Shown here: positions 18,304 through 27,573 of the stretch, piece by piece
How the letters are laid out: every line of letters begins with the position of its first letter
Position numbering within the stretch: the stretch's first letter is position 1
Virus record (IMG/VR): IMGVR_UViG_3300005337_000441
Span: 62,001 to 126,000 of that record
Strand: one strand, 5' to 3'
Length of the DNA stretch: 64,000 bases
Program-made: the position numbers and the translations under genes
Notes under the pieces: model-generated
What the model saw: the letters and a program-made list of their open reading frames with translations, nothing else
Database searches by the model: none
Told to the model about the DNA's origin: nothing

Positions 18304-18861
18304 ATGTCTTCGCAATACGACCGTGGTACCGTCGAACATGTTCTTCAGCACCTCCGGGAATGGGGAGTGCCAGACCGTGTCGTCGAGACAGTGACCATCG
18401 AAGTGGGAAAGAGACACCCGCCTGGCAGTGTCGGTGTGATTCGCTACTACGGTAATCTCTTCGCAGAGTACAAGTACTTTGAAGGGATCGAACAACCTCT
18501 GTTCCGCTTTCGGCAATCCGCCAAAGTGCACGCAGTTCAGAGAATCGAAGCGCAAGAAGACGGAACGCTTCGGGCAAAGTTTCGCTTGATGCTCAGCCCG
18601 CATCATACCCCCGCCTTGATGGTTGAGGGTCCAGAAGCTACTCCCGAGCTCCATGACTTCCTGGTCAAGGAATGTCTGAGTGGTCTGTCAGACAAACCCG
18701 GACACCGAGTGATGAAGGCAGCAGGCGCCTTCTTCCAAGGTGGTAGACATCAGCCCAGAGGTGGCTGGTTCTATGTGGAGTTCGCACATTCACGACATGC
18801 TCAGGCATTTGTGGACTTTGTGAACGCCAACTACCACCCCAAGCAAACAGAGCCTGCATGA
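18304..18861 (+). CDS. hypothetical protein, paralog of 20710-21264
   Basis: Shared Y.RG.V.HVL..LREWG.P and LFAEY.YF.GIEQPLF. Confidence 0.8.
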   Translation: MSSQYDRGTVEHVLQHLREWGVPDRVVETVTIEVGKRHPPGSVGVIRYYGNLFAEYKYFEGIEQPLFRFRQSAKVHAVQRIEAQEDGTLRAKFRLMLSPHHTPALMVEGPEATPELHDFLVKECLSGLSDKPGHRVMKAAGAFFQGGRHQPRGGWFYVEFAHSRHAQAFVDFVNANYHPKQTEPA

Positions 18862-18870
18862 GGAACATCC

Positions 18871-19308
18871 TTGCTTTACAAAGAAACCGCATTGCTCTTG
18901 AGTGACTGGAACCAGTTTACTCTGAGCGATTTCCTTGAGCCGCTCAGCCCCTCCAAGCTGCGCGGCTTTTCCTTCAACCCCAAAGACAAGATCGTCGAGT
19001 TCTGCGAGCTGCTCATGCCGCGCCGAACCGAGATCGTCAAGAAGGTGCTGAAGGTCACGCTCATCGATGGCTCGACCATTTACTGTGCGGAGAACCTGAG
19101 GTTCCTCAAAGAAGAAGATCATACCTACGTCGAAGCCCGCCATCTTGTGGTAGGGACCAAGCTGCTCGGCGTCAAATCACTTCCCCGTACGAGGGAATAC
19201 ATCGTCGCGCAAGTGGAGATGCGAGACCGTGAAATGAGACCCGCCATGGTCTCCTCTATCCGGTTCAACAACTTCGCGCTTGGATGTGGAGTGTTTGTCC
19301 ATTCCTAG
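18871..19308 (+). CDS. stand-alone Hint/intein-like domain protein, catalytically degenerate
   Basis: GAGGA RBS, TTG start; block A-like MLYKETALLLSD, block B-like VTLIDGSTIYCAENLRF..YVEARHLVVGTKL, C-terminal NNFALGCGVFVHS-stop. Confidence 0.7.
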   Translation: MLYKETALLLSDWNQFTLSDFLEPLSPSKLRGFSFNPKDKIVEFCELLMPRRTEIVKKVLKVTLIDGSTIYCAENLRFLKEEDHTYVEARHLVVGTKLLGVKSLPRTREYIVAQVEMRDREMRPAMVSSIRFNNFALGCGVFVHS

Positions 19309-19422
19309 GACAACGACATCAGCGGAGGAGACGTGTCGTGAAATAATGAGCAGCAATAAGTAAGAAATGCGTGGTGAGGCATCGTTCTCACTAAACCTTC
19401 CCGATCAATAATTTACCCCCAA

Positions 19423-19743
19423 ATGGCAACCAAAACTTTTGAACTGCCGGTCCTGGTCTCTCTGATCAACGGCGTCATGTTCCGCGGCACCATCCAAGAG
19501 CAAATCGATGAGCTGGTGCAGCATGTCCTCGGCGAGGACGCTTCCGTCACGGATGCGGACAACGTCGATCGTGCGATCGACTTCGTGGTTCAAAACAATC
19601 CCAAGGCCAAGCAGGCTGCGGGCGCTGTTGCAATGGCTGGTGGTCACGTCGACCAAGGCCGTTGGAACAAGATGATCGACATGTTCCGCCTCAAGCACGA
19701 GGTGGGCAGTCTGGTTCAAGAAGAAATGGCTCTGGAAGCCTAA
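19423..19743 (+). CDS. hypothetical protein
   Basis: 106 aa; strong codon bias; terminator follows. Confidence 0.75.
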   Translation: MATKTFELPVLVSLINGVMFRGTIQEQIDELVQHVLGEDASVTDADNVDRAIDFVVQNNPKAKQAAGAVAMAGGHVDQGRWNKMIDMFRLKHEVGSLVQEEMALEA

Positions 19744-19753
19744 CCCCCCGTTT

Positions 19754-19786
19754 GAGGAGTGGCATTGGCCGCTCCTCTTATGCCGT
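19754..19786 (+). terminator. hairpin plus TATGCCGT
   Basis: GAGGAGTGGC/GCCGCTCCTC then TTATGCCGT. Confidence 0.65.
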
Positions 19787-19808
19787 CAACTCATCGAAGG
19801 AGAAAACC

Positions 19809-20150
19809 GTGAGTATTCAAGAAGTCAATGATGTTGTCCAAAAGACCGAGCGCGGCTTTGAGCTGATCCGGTTCGAGGACAAGTACAAGCTGGTGTGCAG
19901 TCTGCAGCAGTCTAGCGCTGCCAGCGAAGAATGCATCTGGTTGGGTATCGATGACGCCAAGCCTCAGATTCTGGCCACGGACGCCCTGCGTCTGGGCCTG
20001 TATGACGGCCCTGTTCCCAACGGCTGGATTCCGTACAAGATCCCCGACGAAGTGATGCTGCACACTCGCATGCATCTCAACCGCGACCAAGTTCAGACGC
20101 TGATCCGTCGCCTCACTCACTGGGTGAAGACGGGTCAGCTGCAAGCCTAG
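19809..20150 (+). CDS. conserved hypothetical phage protein (TERGF...CSLQ.SS..CIWLG..RMHL type)
   Basis: AAGGAG RBS, GTG start; familiar small phage/prophage family pattern. Confidence 0.75.
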   Translation: MSIQEVNDVVQKTERGFELIRFEDKYKLVCSLQQSSAASEECIWLGIDDAKPQILATDALRLGLYDGPVPNGWIPYKIPDEVMLHTRMHLNRDQVQTLIRRLTHWVKTGQLQA

Positions 20151-20158
20151 GAAACAAC

Positions 20159-20680
20159 ATGCCCGAAAAACGTTTGTTCGTATCCATCCGTGATCTCACG
20201 GGTAAAGATCCTGCCGTGCTCAGCGGCGTGATCATCTTCAATACCGACTTGGTCGAACAGGTCAACTTTGAAGACCTCATCCGCAAGGATGTAAACACCG
20301 CCTTCGCCAACTGGTCCAGCCCTCGGATCCAGTGGACGCAGCTGTCGCCCCGCGATGGTGAGACGCTGTACAACCAGCACAACAAGCCGTTGCACCTGGA
20401 CGGCTACCCGGTCGGCGTGATTGTCGTTCGCAAGCTCGGCGAGGCCTTCAAGCCTGTCGTGCACTGTTACCAATCCATCGATTCGTCGATGTATCCGGAA
20501 GGCGACATACCTGGCTTGACGCGCCGCATCAGTCGCATTGCGCCGGAGATCCTGGTGGAAAACATCACTCGCCGGCTGTGGAAAGACATCAACTCGTTCA
20601 AAGAACAGTTCGTCGAGTTCAAGAACGCCGACTGGCAGATTCACTTCATCTATCCCAACCAGGTCCTCGGCCTGAACTAA
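20159..20680 (+). CDS. hypothetical protein
   Basis: AGGA RBS; 173 aa. Confidence 0.7.
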   Translation: MPEKRLFVSIRDLTGKDPAVLSGVIIFNTDLVEQVNFEDLIRKDVNTAFANWSSPRIQWTQLSPRDGETLYNQHNKPLHLDGYPVGVIVVRKLGEAFKPVVHCYQSIDSSMYPEGDIPGLTRRISRIAPEILVENITRRLWKDINSFKEQFVEFKNADWQIHFIYPNQVLGLN

Positions 20681-20709
20681 ATCAACCCGTCATCGAAAGG
20701 AGAAAACTC

Positions 20710-21264
20710 ATGGCGACCGAATATCCGCGTGGCTCTGTTGGTCACGTTCTTCACTATCTGCGTGAATGGGGTATCCCCGAGACGATCGCAGGCAGTGTCA
20801 GGCTGTTGCTTGGCAGGGTCGTCGATGGACCTCACCAAGGCAAGAACTGCGTGTTCTACGGCAACGAGCTCTTTGCGGAGTACGAGTACTTCGACGGCAT
20901 CGAGCAGCCGTTGTTCTTCTGGCGCATGCATCCGTTGTCATACGGCGCACAGCGCATGGTCCGTCAAGACGACAACTCCCTGAAACCGGAGTTCCGTCTG
21001 TCCTTGGATGAGACGACCTACATGGGCGGCATCCGCTACCCTGTGCTTCTCTTCCGTGGACATGACGCCACGCCGGAACTGCGTCAGTTTCTCTACGACA
21101 CGCTGGGCGCATACACCGCGACTACCAAAGACGTCACCCGGGCATCCTCGGCTTTCTTCAAGAACTGCGACGACGGCAACGGCTTCTACGTGGAGCTGAA
21201 TGACCCCAAAGGCGCACAAGCCTTCACGGACTACATCAACGCTACCTACCGACCCACCGTCTGA
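20710..21264 (+). CDS. hypothetical protein, paralog of 18304-18861
   Basis: AAGGAG RBS; shared motifs including FYVE...AQAF.D..NA.Y.P. Confidence 0.8.
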   Translation: MATEYPRGSVGHVLHYLREWGIPETIAGSVRLLLGRVVDGPHQGKNCVFYGNELFAEYEYFDGIEQPLFFWRMHPLSYGAQRMVRQDDNSLKPEFRLSLDETTYMGGIRYPVLLFRGHDATPELRQFLYDTLGAYTATTKDVTRASSAFFKNCDDGNGFYVELNDPKGAQAFTDYINATYRPTV

Positions 21265-21357
21265 AAGACAGCCCAAAAGAGACCTCCTTCACAGGGGGTC
21301 TCCTAGGGTTTTCTTTTTTCTTTCGAGCCGAGCCATCCTTTGAATAAAGGAACGGCG

Positions 21358-23493
21358 ATGAACAGCAATGCATTTCTGCGAGACGCAGATTTCTATCAAC
21401 GCAACATCAACCCCATAGCGCAGTACGCCGAACAGTCGGCATTCTATCTCTCCAAGATGACCGGCAAACCCCTGGAGGATTGCAAGAAGTGGGTCATCGA
21501 CGGTATTCGTAACCGCAAGTTCGCTGGCGTGACCGATCCGCAAGTGGACTTCTACGAACGTGGCGACAATGGTGATCGCCAGGAGACCTCCATGAAGCTC
21601 TCGGGCTTCATCTCCACGGTGGTGCGGGACGATCTGATCCTGGCACCCACCTTCACCTGCTATGTCAAGCCCAAGGTCTACAAGTCCTTGTTGGCGGGCT
21701 TCACGGTGAACAACACCAAGGTGCGCTCCATTGCCAAGAAAGCAGCAGCAAAGGCCAAGGCTGCTGGCGACATGGAGCTTGCCATCATCAAGAACAACGA
21801 ACAGGACAACCGCAAGCGTTCGAACAACTCCCTCTCAGGGGCGTTCGTGGCCGGTGGCTCTGTCGTGAACAACCCGACCGCACACAGCACGTTGACCTCC
21901 ATCACGCGCACGGTGGGATCGCTGGGCAATGCGTCCAACGAGAAGATCATCATGGGCAACCGGCATTACCGCAATGCCGACATCACTCTGGACAACCTGG
22001 TCTGCATCACGTCCCTCATGGACCGTGAAGAGCTGCGACATGCGGTCGAGAAGTTCGGTCTGGTCTACCCGACGATCGAGCAGACGCTGGAGTGCATCAA
22101 GTACTCCTCGCAGCTGTATTGGAGTGATCCGATCTCGTTTGCCAAGATCTACAAGTTCGTGGAGAAGCTCGATCCGATCGAGCGAGCCGGTGTGGTCTAC
22201 ATCGGTGACTTCTACCACGTGCGCAAGTACAACGAAGCGTTTGCCCGACGCTTCATCGGCGAGCTGTCCAAGAAGGTCAAGGGCGTGCCCGTGGAGGAAC
22301 CCAAAGAGGTCCTCAAGAAGGCTGACGAAATGGTCATGAACTATGTGCACCAGATCTGCATCAGCGAAGTCAAGGGCATCGGTAAGGACTACGACAAGAT
22401 CAGCCTGGAAGACCAGCAGACGGTCGCTGCCACGGCGCTCAATGTTGACGCAGTGGTCGAGAAGTATCGTGAGTTCATCAATGCGATCTTCCTGACCAAG
22501 ATCGTGCCGGCCTCCACCGCCTACATCCCTGGGATGATCCGCCGATCGGTGGTGCTCTCGGACACGGACTCCACGATGTTCTCCATCGACAACTGGGTCG
22601 AGTGGTACTTCGGTGAGCTGCGTTTCGATGACGAAGGCTTTGCGGCCTCGGGTGCGGTGATGTTCATTGCCACGCAGTGCATCGCTCACAGCCTGGCGGT
22701 CTTTTCGGCCAACATGAACGTGGAGCGTGAGCATCTCTTCACGCTAGCCATGAAGCCCGAGTTCGTCTTCCCGGTGTTCGCCCAGAGCGCGGTGGCCAAG
22801 CACTACTACACCATCCAGTACGTGAAGGAAGGCAACGTCCACAAGGTGCCTGAAATGGAGATCAAGGGTGTGCACCTGAAGAACTCCGCTGCACCGCGTG
22901 AGATCGTGCTGGCTGCTGCTGAGAAGATGAAGGAGATCCTGATGCGGGTGATGAATGGGGAGAAGCTCTCCATCATCGACAACATCAACGAGGTCGTGGC
23001 TTTGGAGACCAAGATCACGGACTCCTTGAATTCGGGTAACGTCACCTACCTCAAGACCTCCAAGATCAAGCAGAAGGAAGCCTACGCGCTGTCCGAGACC
23101 GAGTCACCGTTCCAGCATCACACGCTCTGGGTCGAAGTCTTCGGCCCGAAGTACGGAGTGCCGGAACAGCCACCGTACGGGGTCTTCAAGATCCCTACCA
23201 CCTTGGACAACAAGACCCGGGTGAAGCAGTGGCTCGACACGATGGAGGACCGCGACGTTGCTCAACGCATGGGTAACTGGCTTGCCAAGATGGGTAAAAC
23301 CACTCTGGGAACGATGTACGTTTCGATCTCTTATGCCAAGTCCTACGGGATTCCAAAGGAGATCGTGCCCATCATCGACATGAAGAAGATCGTACTCGAT
23401 CTGACAAATGCCAATCGGATGATCCTCGGTACCCTCGGGTACTGTCCGAAAACCAATTGGCTGCTTCGTGACCAGGTGCATCACGCCTGCTAA
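21358..23493 (+). CDS. family B DNA polymerase, polymerase subunit (phiKZ gp50-like)
   Basis: K..NNSLSG (motif B-like), VLSDTDS (motif C), KHY and EIKGV motifs; no exonuclease domain evident. Confidence 0.85.
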   Translation: MNSNAFLRDADFYQRNINPIAQYAEQSAFYLSKMTGKPLEDCKKWVIDGIRNRKFAGVTDPQVDFYERGDNGDRQETSMKLSGFISTVVRDDLILAPTFTCYVKPKVYKSLLAGFTVNNTKVRSIAKKAAAKAKAAGDMELAIIKNNEQDNRKRSNNSLSGAFVAGGSVVNNPTAHSTLTSITRTVGSLGNASNEKIIMGNRHYRNADITLDNLVCITSLMDREELRHAVEKFGLVYPTIEQTLECIKYSSQLYWSDPISFAKIYKFVEKLDPIERAGVVYIGDFYHVRKYNEAFARRFIGELSKKVKGVPVEEPKEVLKKADEMVMNYVHQICISEVKGIGKDYDKISLEDQQTVAATALNVDAVVEKYREFINAIFLTKIVPASTAYIPGMIRRSVVLSDTDSTMFSIDNWVEWYFGELRFDDEGFAASGAVMFIATQCIAHSLAVFSANMNVEREHLFTLAMKPEFVFPVFAQSAVAKHYYTIQYVKEGNVHKVPEMEIKGVHLKNSAAPREIVLAAAEKMKEILMRVMNGEKLSIIDNINEVVALETKITDSLNSGNVTYLKTSKIKQKEAYALSETESPFQHHTLWVEVFGPKYGVPEQPPYGVFKIPTTLDNKTRVKQWLDTMEDRDVAQRMGNWLAKMGKTTLGTMYVSISYAKSYGIPKEIVPIIDMKKIVLDLTNANRMILGTLGYCPKTNWLLRDQVHHAC

Positions 23494-23562
23494 AGAAGTA
23501 ACCGAGAGATCCCTGGAGCACTCGTCTCCAGGGTCTCTTCCTTTGCCATCAACTCAATCGCT

Positions 23563-24162
23563 ATGGATCTCACCCTGTTGGATGAAGTGAAGACCCAGTA
23601 CCCGATCTCGCTGATCGAGCATGCGTCTTCCTCTTACGCTCCCCGGACCTACGAGAACGCCCACAAGTCCGATCTCACGATCGCCTTCGCGTTTGACTTC
23701 CAGACGGCGGGTGAGCGCTGCACGCTCAAAGCTGCGGGCAACAAGTACGTGGCGGTTCCCCTCACCTGGGGTGTCGAGCGTGCGGCTCAATACATCGGCA
23801 AGCACATCTTCGAAAGCGGTGCTCGCCGTCTGAACATCGCTGGCAACGGTATTTACACCTTGAGTCGCAGCTACGGCTACACTCAACACATCGTCAACCA
23901 AAAGGTCTACGATGTCCTCAAGCGTGTCGTGCAGAAGTACGACGTTTCCGAGATCCGCTCCGGTGGGCAGACCGGGGTGGATGTGGCAGGTCTGGTGGCA
24001 GGCATGAAGCTCAACATCCAGACTGTGGGGCTCTTTCCCAAAGGCTGGCGTCAGCGCTTTGACGACGGCGTGGATCAGATCCGTGAACGCGAGATGATCC
24101 TCACTGAACTCATGCACTACGTGGAAGACCTCAGTGAAGAAGAAAGGACCACGCAATGCTGA
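23563..24162 (+). CDS. SLOG-superfamily (YpsA/cpYpsA-like) nucleotide-binding protein
   Basis: Y.PRT..NA..SD.T, LNIAGN, SGGQTGVD.AGL and PKG motifs. Confidence 0.75.
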   Translation: MDLTLLDEVKTQYPISLIEHASSSYAPRTYENAHKSDLTIAFAFDFQTAGERCTLKAAGNKYVAVPLTWGVERAAQYIGKHIFESGARRLNIAGNGIYTLSRSYGYTQHIVNQKVYDVLKRVVQKYDVSEIRSGGQTGVDVAGLVAGMKLNIQTVGLFPKGWRQRFDDGVDQIREREMILTELMHYVEDLSEEERTTQC

Positions 24163-24395
24163 AGTTCATCCTGGAGAAGCTGGTCGGGTACTTCTCGATC
24201 TTCTCCATTCTCCTGTGTGTCGTCATGGCCACGCTCACCTACACAGTGATCTACGCCTACACCGGCCCCTACGACGACGACAAGATGCTCTTGATGGGGC
24301 TCTCGATCACGATCGTGGCCTACCTGATCGTCACTGCCTGCGTCATCGAGTTCAAAAAGTACTGGAGGGAAAGACATGAATCTCAGAAGGTATAA
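24156..24395 (+). CDS. small 2-TM membrane protein
   Basis: Two hydrophobic segments; AAGGA RBS. Confidence 0.7.
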   Translation: MLKFILEKLVGYFSIFSILLCVVMATLTYTVIYAYTGPYDDDKMLLMGLSITIVAYLIVTACVIEFKKYWRERHESQKV

Positions 24396-25125
24396 CAGCG
24401 TCCTGCTGTTCAGCTTGATCGTGGCGGTGTTCCTCACCGCGTGCACGGCACCTCGTGTGGTGACATCACCTGGTCCCGAGATCACGATGCCTCCGGCAGC
24501 GCCGCCGCCTGCGCCTCCCGTGGTTGCCGCTGCACCGCCTCCGCCGGTCTACGCGCCCGCTCCAGCCCCTGCGCCGTCCGTTTCAAAGGCCACGCTAACC
24601 GTGCGGGACTTCCTCTACCCTGAGGACAAGCTGGATCAGGACGTTGCCAACCTGATCCTCTTCGCGAGGAAGCCGGCGAACAAAGCCGAACGCGATGTCT
24701 ACGTGAACATCTGTGAGACCTGGAAGGCCACTTTCCCGGACTCCAAGGAAGTGAACATGAAGGAGCTCCCTCAGGAGTTCTTGATTGTTCGTTTCTACTG
24801 GATGCTCAAGTCCAAGAAGACCGACGTCGAGTCCTGCGACAAACTGGTGGGCGACTATGACTACGGGCGCGCCAAGGTCTACCTCACGAAGATGAAGCTC
24901 AAGGCCACCAAGAACCAGATGGTCTGTCAGCTTCCCAACGGCTTCGTGGTGATGGACATCAACGCACTCAAGAAGACGACCGACATTACCCTGGCGGTAA
25001 CGGCCTGGCAAAACCGCATGACGATCATCCCCACCAAAGGCGGGGTCGTGCATGTCTACACCCTCTTTCAATCCGCCAAAGTAGTACTCGGCGCGCTCGG
25101 CTCCCTCATCACCCTCAAGATCTAG
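24376..25125 (+). CDS. lipoprotein with Pro/Ala-rich linker
   Basis: Signal peptide with lipobox LTAC, then PPAAPPPAPP...; GGAGG RBS. Confidence 0.8.
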   Translation: MNLRRYNSVLLFSLIVAVFLTACTAPRVVTSPGPEITMPPAAPPPAPPVVAAAPPPPVYAPAPAPAPSVSKATLTVRDFLYPEDKLDQDVANLILFARKPANKAERDVYVNICETWKATFPDSKEVNMKELPQEFLIVRFYWMLKSKKTDVESCDKLVGDYDYGRAKVYLTKMKLKATKNQMVCQLPNGFVVMDINALKKTTDITLAVTAWQNRMTIIPTKGGVVHVYTLFQSAKVVLGALGSLITLKI

Positions 25126-25152
25126 CTACGTCCATAACCCTCGGAGGAGACC

Positions 25153-25542
25153 ATGTCTGGACGCAACAAAGAGATCAGCGTATACGCTAAAGAACTCCTG
25201 GACACTTCGTTCTTGTTGACGTTCTTCTGTTACTGCGTTAACAACCACTTCTACCACACCGGCAGACTTGATCAAGGCGCCTACGACAATATCGTGGCGA
25301 TGTTGATTGTGATCAGTGTGGTGAGTCTCATCATCCGCTGGACCGTGGTGAAGGTCTGGGGATTCCGAAAACTGCCCTTAAAGCAGTACATCGGGCTCCT
25401 AGAGATGATGCTGGGACTCGGGGTCATCTACGGCATGTACAACATGAACCTCATGGGTGAGGAACTCTACCGACTGATCTCTCAGTCAGGGTACTGCATC
25501 ATCATGTTTTGCCTGACCAGCGCCAAGATTCGAAACGCTTGA
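25153..25542 (+). CDS. multi-TM membrane protein
   Basis: GGAGGAG RBS; about four hydrophobic segments. Confidence 0.7.
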   Translation: MSGRNKEISVYAKELLDTSFLLTFFCYCVNNHFYHTGRLDQGAYDNIVAMLIVISVVSLIIRWTVVKVWGFRKLPLKQYIGLLEMMLGLGVIYGMYNMNLMGEELYRLISQSGYCIIMFCLTSAKIRNA

Positions 25543-25569
25543 TCTTCTGGTGATAACTCCTCCCTCCAG

Positions 25570-25992
25570 ATGGATCCAATGAAATCGATCTTTCAGAAAA
25601 TCGGCGGTCGCAAGTTCATCCTCGTGTTGATCGTTGCCATCGTTTCCTACCTGTTCCTGCTTCAGGGTAGCGTGGCCAAAGGCGACTTCGTGTCGCTGGC
25701 CAAGATGCTGTTGGTGGCGTATCCGGCCAGTGCGGTCGGCCAGACGCTGCTCACTCAAGCGGTCGCTCCTGAAGTTGAGGAAGAGTCCATCAAAACGGAC
25801 TACCGCAAATTCTTCTTCACGCTGCTGATCTTTGCATTGACCTGTGACCTGCTGATGCGCTCTCGCATCGACAGCGCGCAGTTCATGGATCTTTGCCAGT
25901 GGCTCGTGGGGTTGTACCTCTCCGGCAACGTTCTGACCAAGTTCACGGACTCCTTGCCCGCCATTGCTGCCGCTTTCGGCAAAAAAACATGA
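25570..25992 (+). CDS. 4-TM membrane protein with internal duplication (holin-like?)
   Basis: Two halves, each RKF+TM...F..L...LV..Y....V. Confidence 0.7.
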   Translation: MDPMKSIFQKIGGRKFILVLIVAIVSYLFLLQGSVAKGDFVSLAKMLLVAYPASAVGQTLLTQAVAPEVEEESIKTDYRKFFFTLLIFALTCDLLMRSRIDSAQFMDLCQWLVGLYLSGNVLTKFTDSLPAIAAAFGKKT

Positions 25993-26044
25993 CGCCATAG
26001 AGCCCCGGGGTTTCCCGGGGCTCTATGCTGTCTGCTTTCTTTTT
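25991..26044 (+). terminator. terminator with GACGCCATA/TATGCTGTC arms
   Basis: CATAGAGCCCCGGG/CCCGGGGCTCTATG followed by T-rich sequence. Confidence 0.75.
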
Positions 26045-26129
26045 GGAGTGACCACATCGTGTGAAGAGCTGGTCGGCTTAGTAGGCGACAGCACAATAGG
26101 AGGAGCCGCGGCTCCTCCTAGAGTCAGGC

Positions 26130-26510
26130 TTAAGTCAGCCAGGGCGGGAGCTTGTTGCTTTGGAGCGCGTTGAAGACGGTGGGCAGCACGCCGAGGAAGC
26201 GTGCGACCTCGATCGCGATCACGGCCACCAGAGGGGCCAACGTGCTGAAGAACGCGTCCAGGGCCGAGACCTCGTGAGGAGGTGCCTCGCCGCGGGCCTT
26301 GGCGTTCTTGTTGTCGAACCACTGGGTGCCTTCGACCGAGATGGCCGCGAGCAGGCCGCCTTCCAGCAGCATGATCGACACCGGGTGCAGACCGACTTGG
26401 TAACCGACGAACAGGATCGCGATGCTCAGGAGCAGCACGCCAATGCTGCCCTTGCCATGCAAGACCTTGTCCGGAGCGGTCAGAGTTGCAAGAATGGTTT
26501 TGAAGCTCAT
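26130..26510 (-). CDS. membrane protein (about 3 TM), lone minus-strand gene
   Basis: AAGG RBS; own hairpin at 26097-26120; GAATCCTATG motif upstream. Confidence 0.75.
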   Translation of the reverse strand: MSFKTILATLTAPDKVLHGKGSIGVLLLSIAILFVGYQVGLHPVSIMLLEGGLLAAISVEGTQWFDNKNAKARGEAPPHEVSALDAFFSTLAPLVAVIAIEVARFLGVLPTVFNALQSNKLPPWLT

Positions 26511-26585
26511 AAACCTTAGGGTGTAGCATGATCAACTCGATCACATAGGATTCGTTTATTTGTAACACTTCAAAACTATTTGAAT

Positions 26586-26602
26586 CACATATACTTCACT
26601 CG
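26586..26602 (+). promoter_or_regulatory. class-1 promoter
   Basis: CACATATACT-TCACT-CG. Confidence 0.7.
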
Positions 26603-26637
26603 TTAGAACAGAACTGCTCGTTTCAAAGGAGAACGTA

Positions 26638-27171
26638 ATGAGCACTGAGAGTTTGGATAGACAACAAGTCCGTCACCCTTACCGTGGCCGTGCGCCGCGG
26701 GGTCCTGACCTCTCCACCTTCGCAGCCATGGTGCGCAACCATGACTTCCTCTTCGAGAAGGCACGCATGGCGTCTGACGCCCCGCACGACTTCCTCGGGA
26801 GCTACGTGCCTCTCATGGCGCGCGAAATGGAGATCCTCCAGATGGCCTGGGAAGGCGGCGATGATTTCGTGCGGGTGCTTTCTTCGCACCTCGAACGCCG
26901 GCGCTCTGCGCTCGTCCCTCAGAAGACCCGTGACGACGATGCCGCCGAGGCCATCATCGCCACCGTGAGCGATGCCGAAAGAGAATACGCCGTGCAACTG
27001 GCGCACTTCGACTGGTGGCATTACATGGCCGACGATGGCGGTACGCTGCGTAAAGGCGGCGACCGCGAAGATGCGCTCAAGAAGATCGCCACAGAAAAAG
27101 GCGGCATGTTCCAAAGACTCTTCGACTTCTTCATCGAAAAGCGAAACGCGGCTCTTCGGAGCCACAAGTAA
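26638..27171 (+). CDS. hypothetical protein
   Basis: AAGGAG RBS; 177 aa. Confidence 0.75.
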   Translation: MSTESLDRQQVRHPYRGRAPRGPDLSTFAAMVRNHDFLFEKARMASDAPHDFLGSYVPLMAREMEILQMAWEGGDDFVRVLSSHLERRRSALVPQKTRDDDAAEAIIATVSDAEREYAVQLAHFDWWHYMADDGGTLRKGGDREDALKKIATEKGGMFQRLFDFFIEKRNAALRSHK

Positions 27172-27253
27172 ATCTGCGACCCAGTACGCCCGATTTCGCA
27201 TCGTTCAAGGAGAGATCCGATGCACCACGCCCAGCGTGATCAAGAGGTGAGCC

Positions 27254-27505
27254 ATGCCCGTTGAGGTTCACTACCGAGTTGTCGTCGACTTCGAAGGGGT
27301 TCAACACAGCGCGATCCTGGAGAAAGTCAAACCTCTCATGGAAGCCTTTGGTATTGAGGACACATGGATAGCACTCCATAAGACCTCGTACATGCCAGAC
27401 AGCTTATCTTTGATCGTCACCGACCACAAGGTGGCCTTGGCCCTTGATGAAGTTGCCGTAGAAGCAGTAAGAGAATTGGGCGGCACGTTACTCATGCCCC
27501 GATAA
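27254..27505 (+). CDS. hypothetical protein
   Basis: GAGGT RBS; hairpin follows. Confidence 0.65.
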   Translation: MPVEVHYRVVVDFEGVQHSAILEKVKPLMEAFGIEDTWIALHKTSYMPDSLSLIVTDHKVALALDEVAVEAVRELGGTLLMPR

Positions 27506-27573
27506 ACCCGTGAGGAGCCTGCGGGCTCCTCTTTTACCCTCATCCTTAAAACCCTAACGCTAAAGGAGAAACC

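Noticed and set aside
21358-23493. Intein in the DNA polymerase or terminase
   Set aside because: Lengths and motifs are contiguous; no Hint blocks seen.
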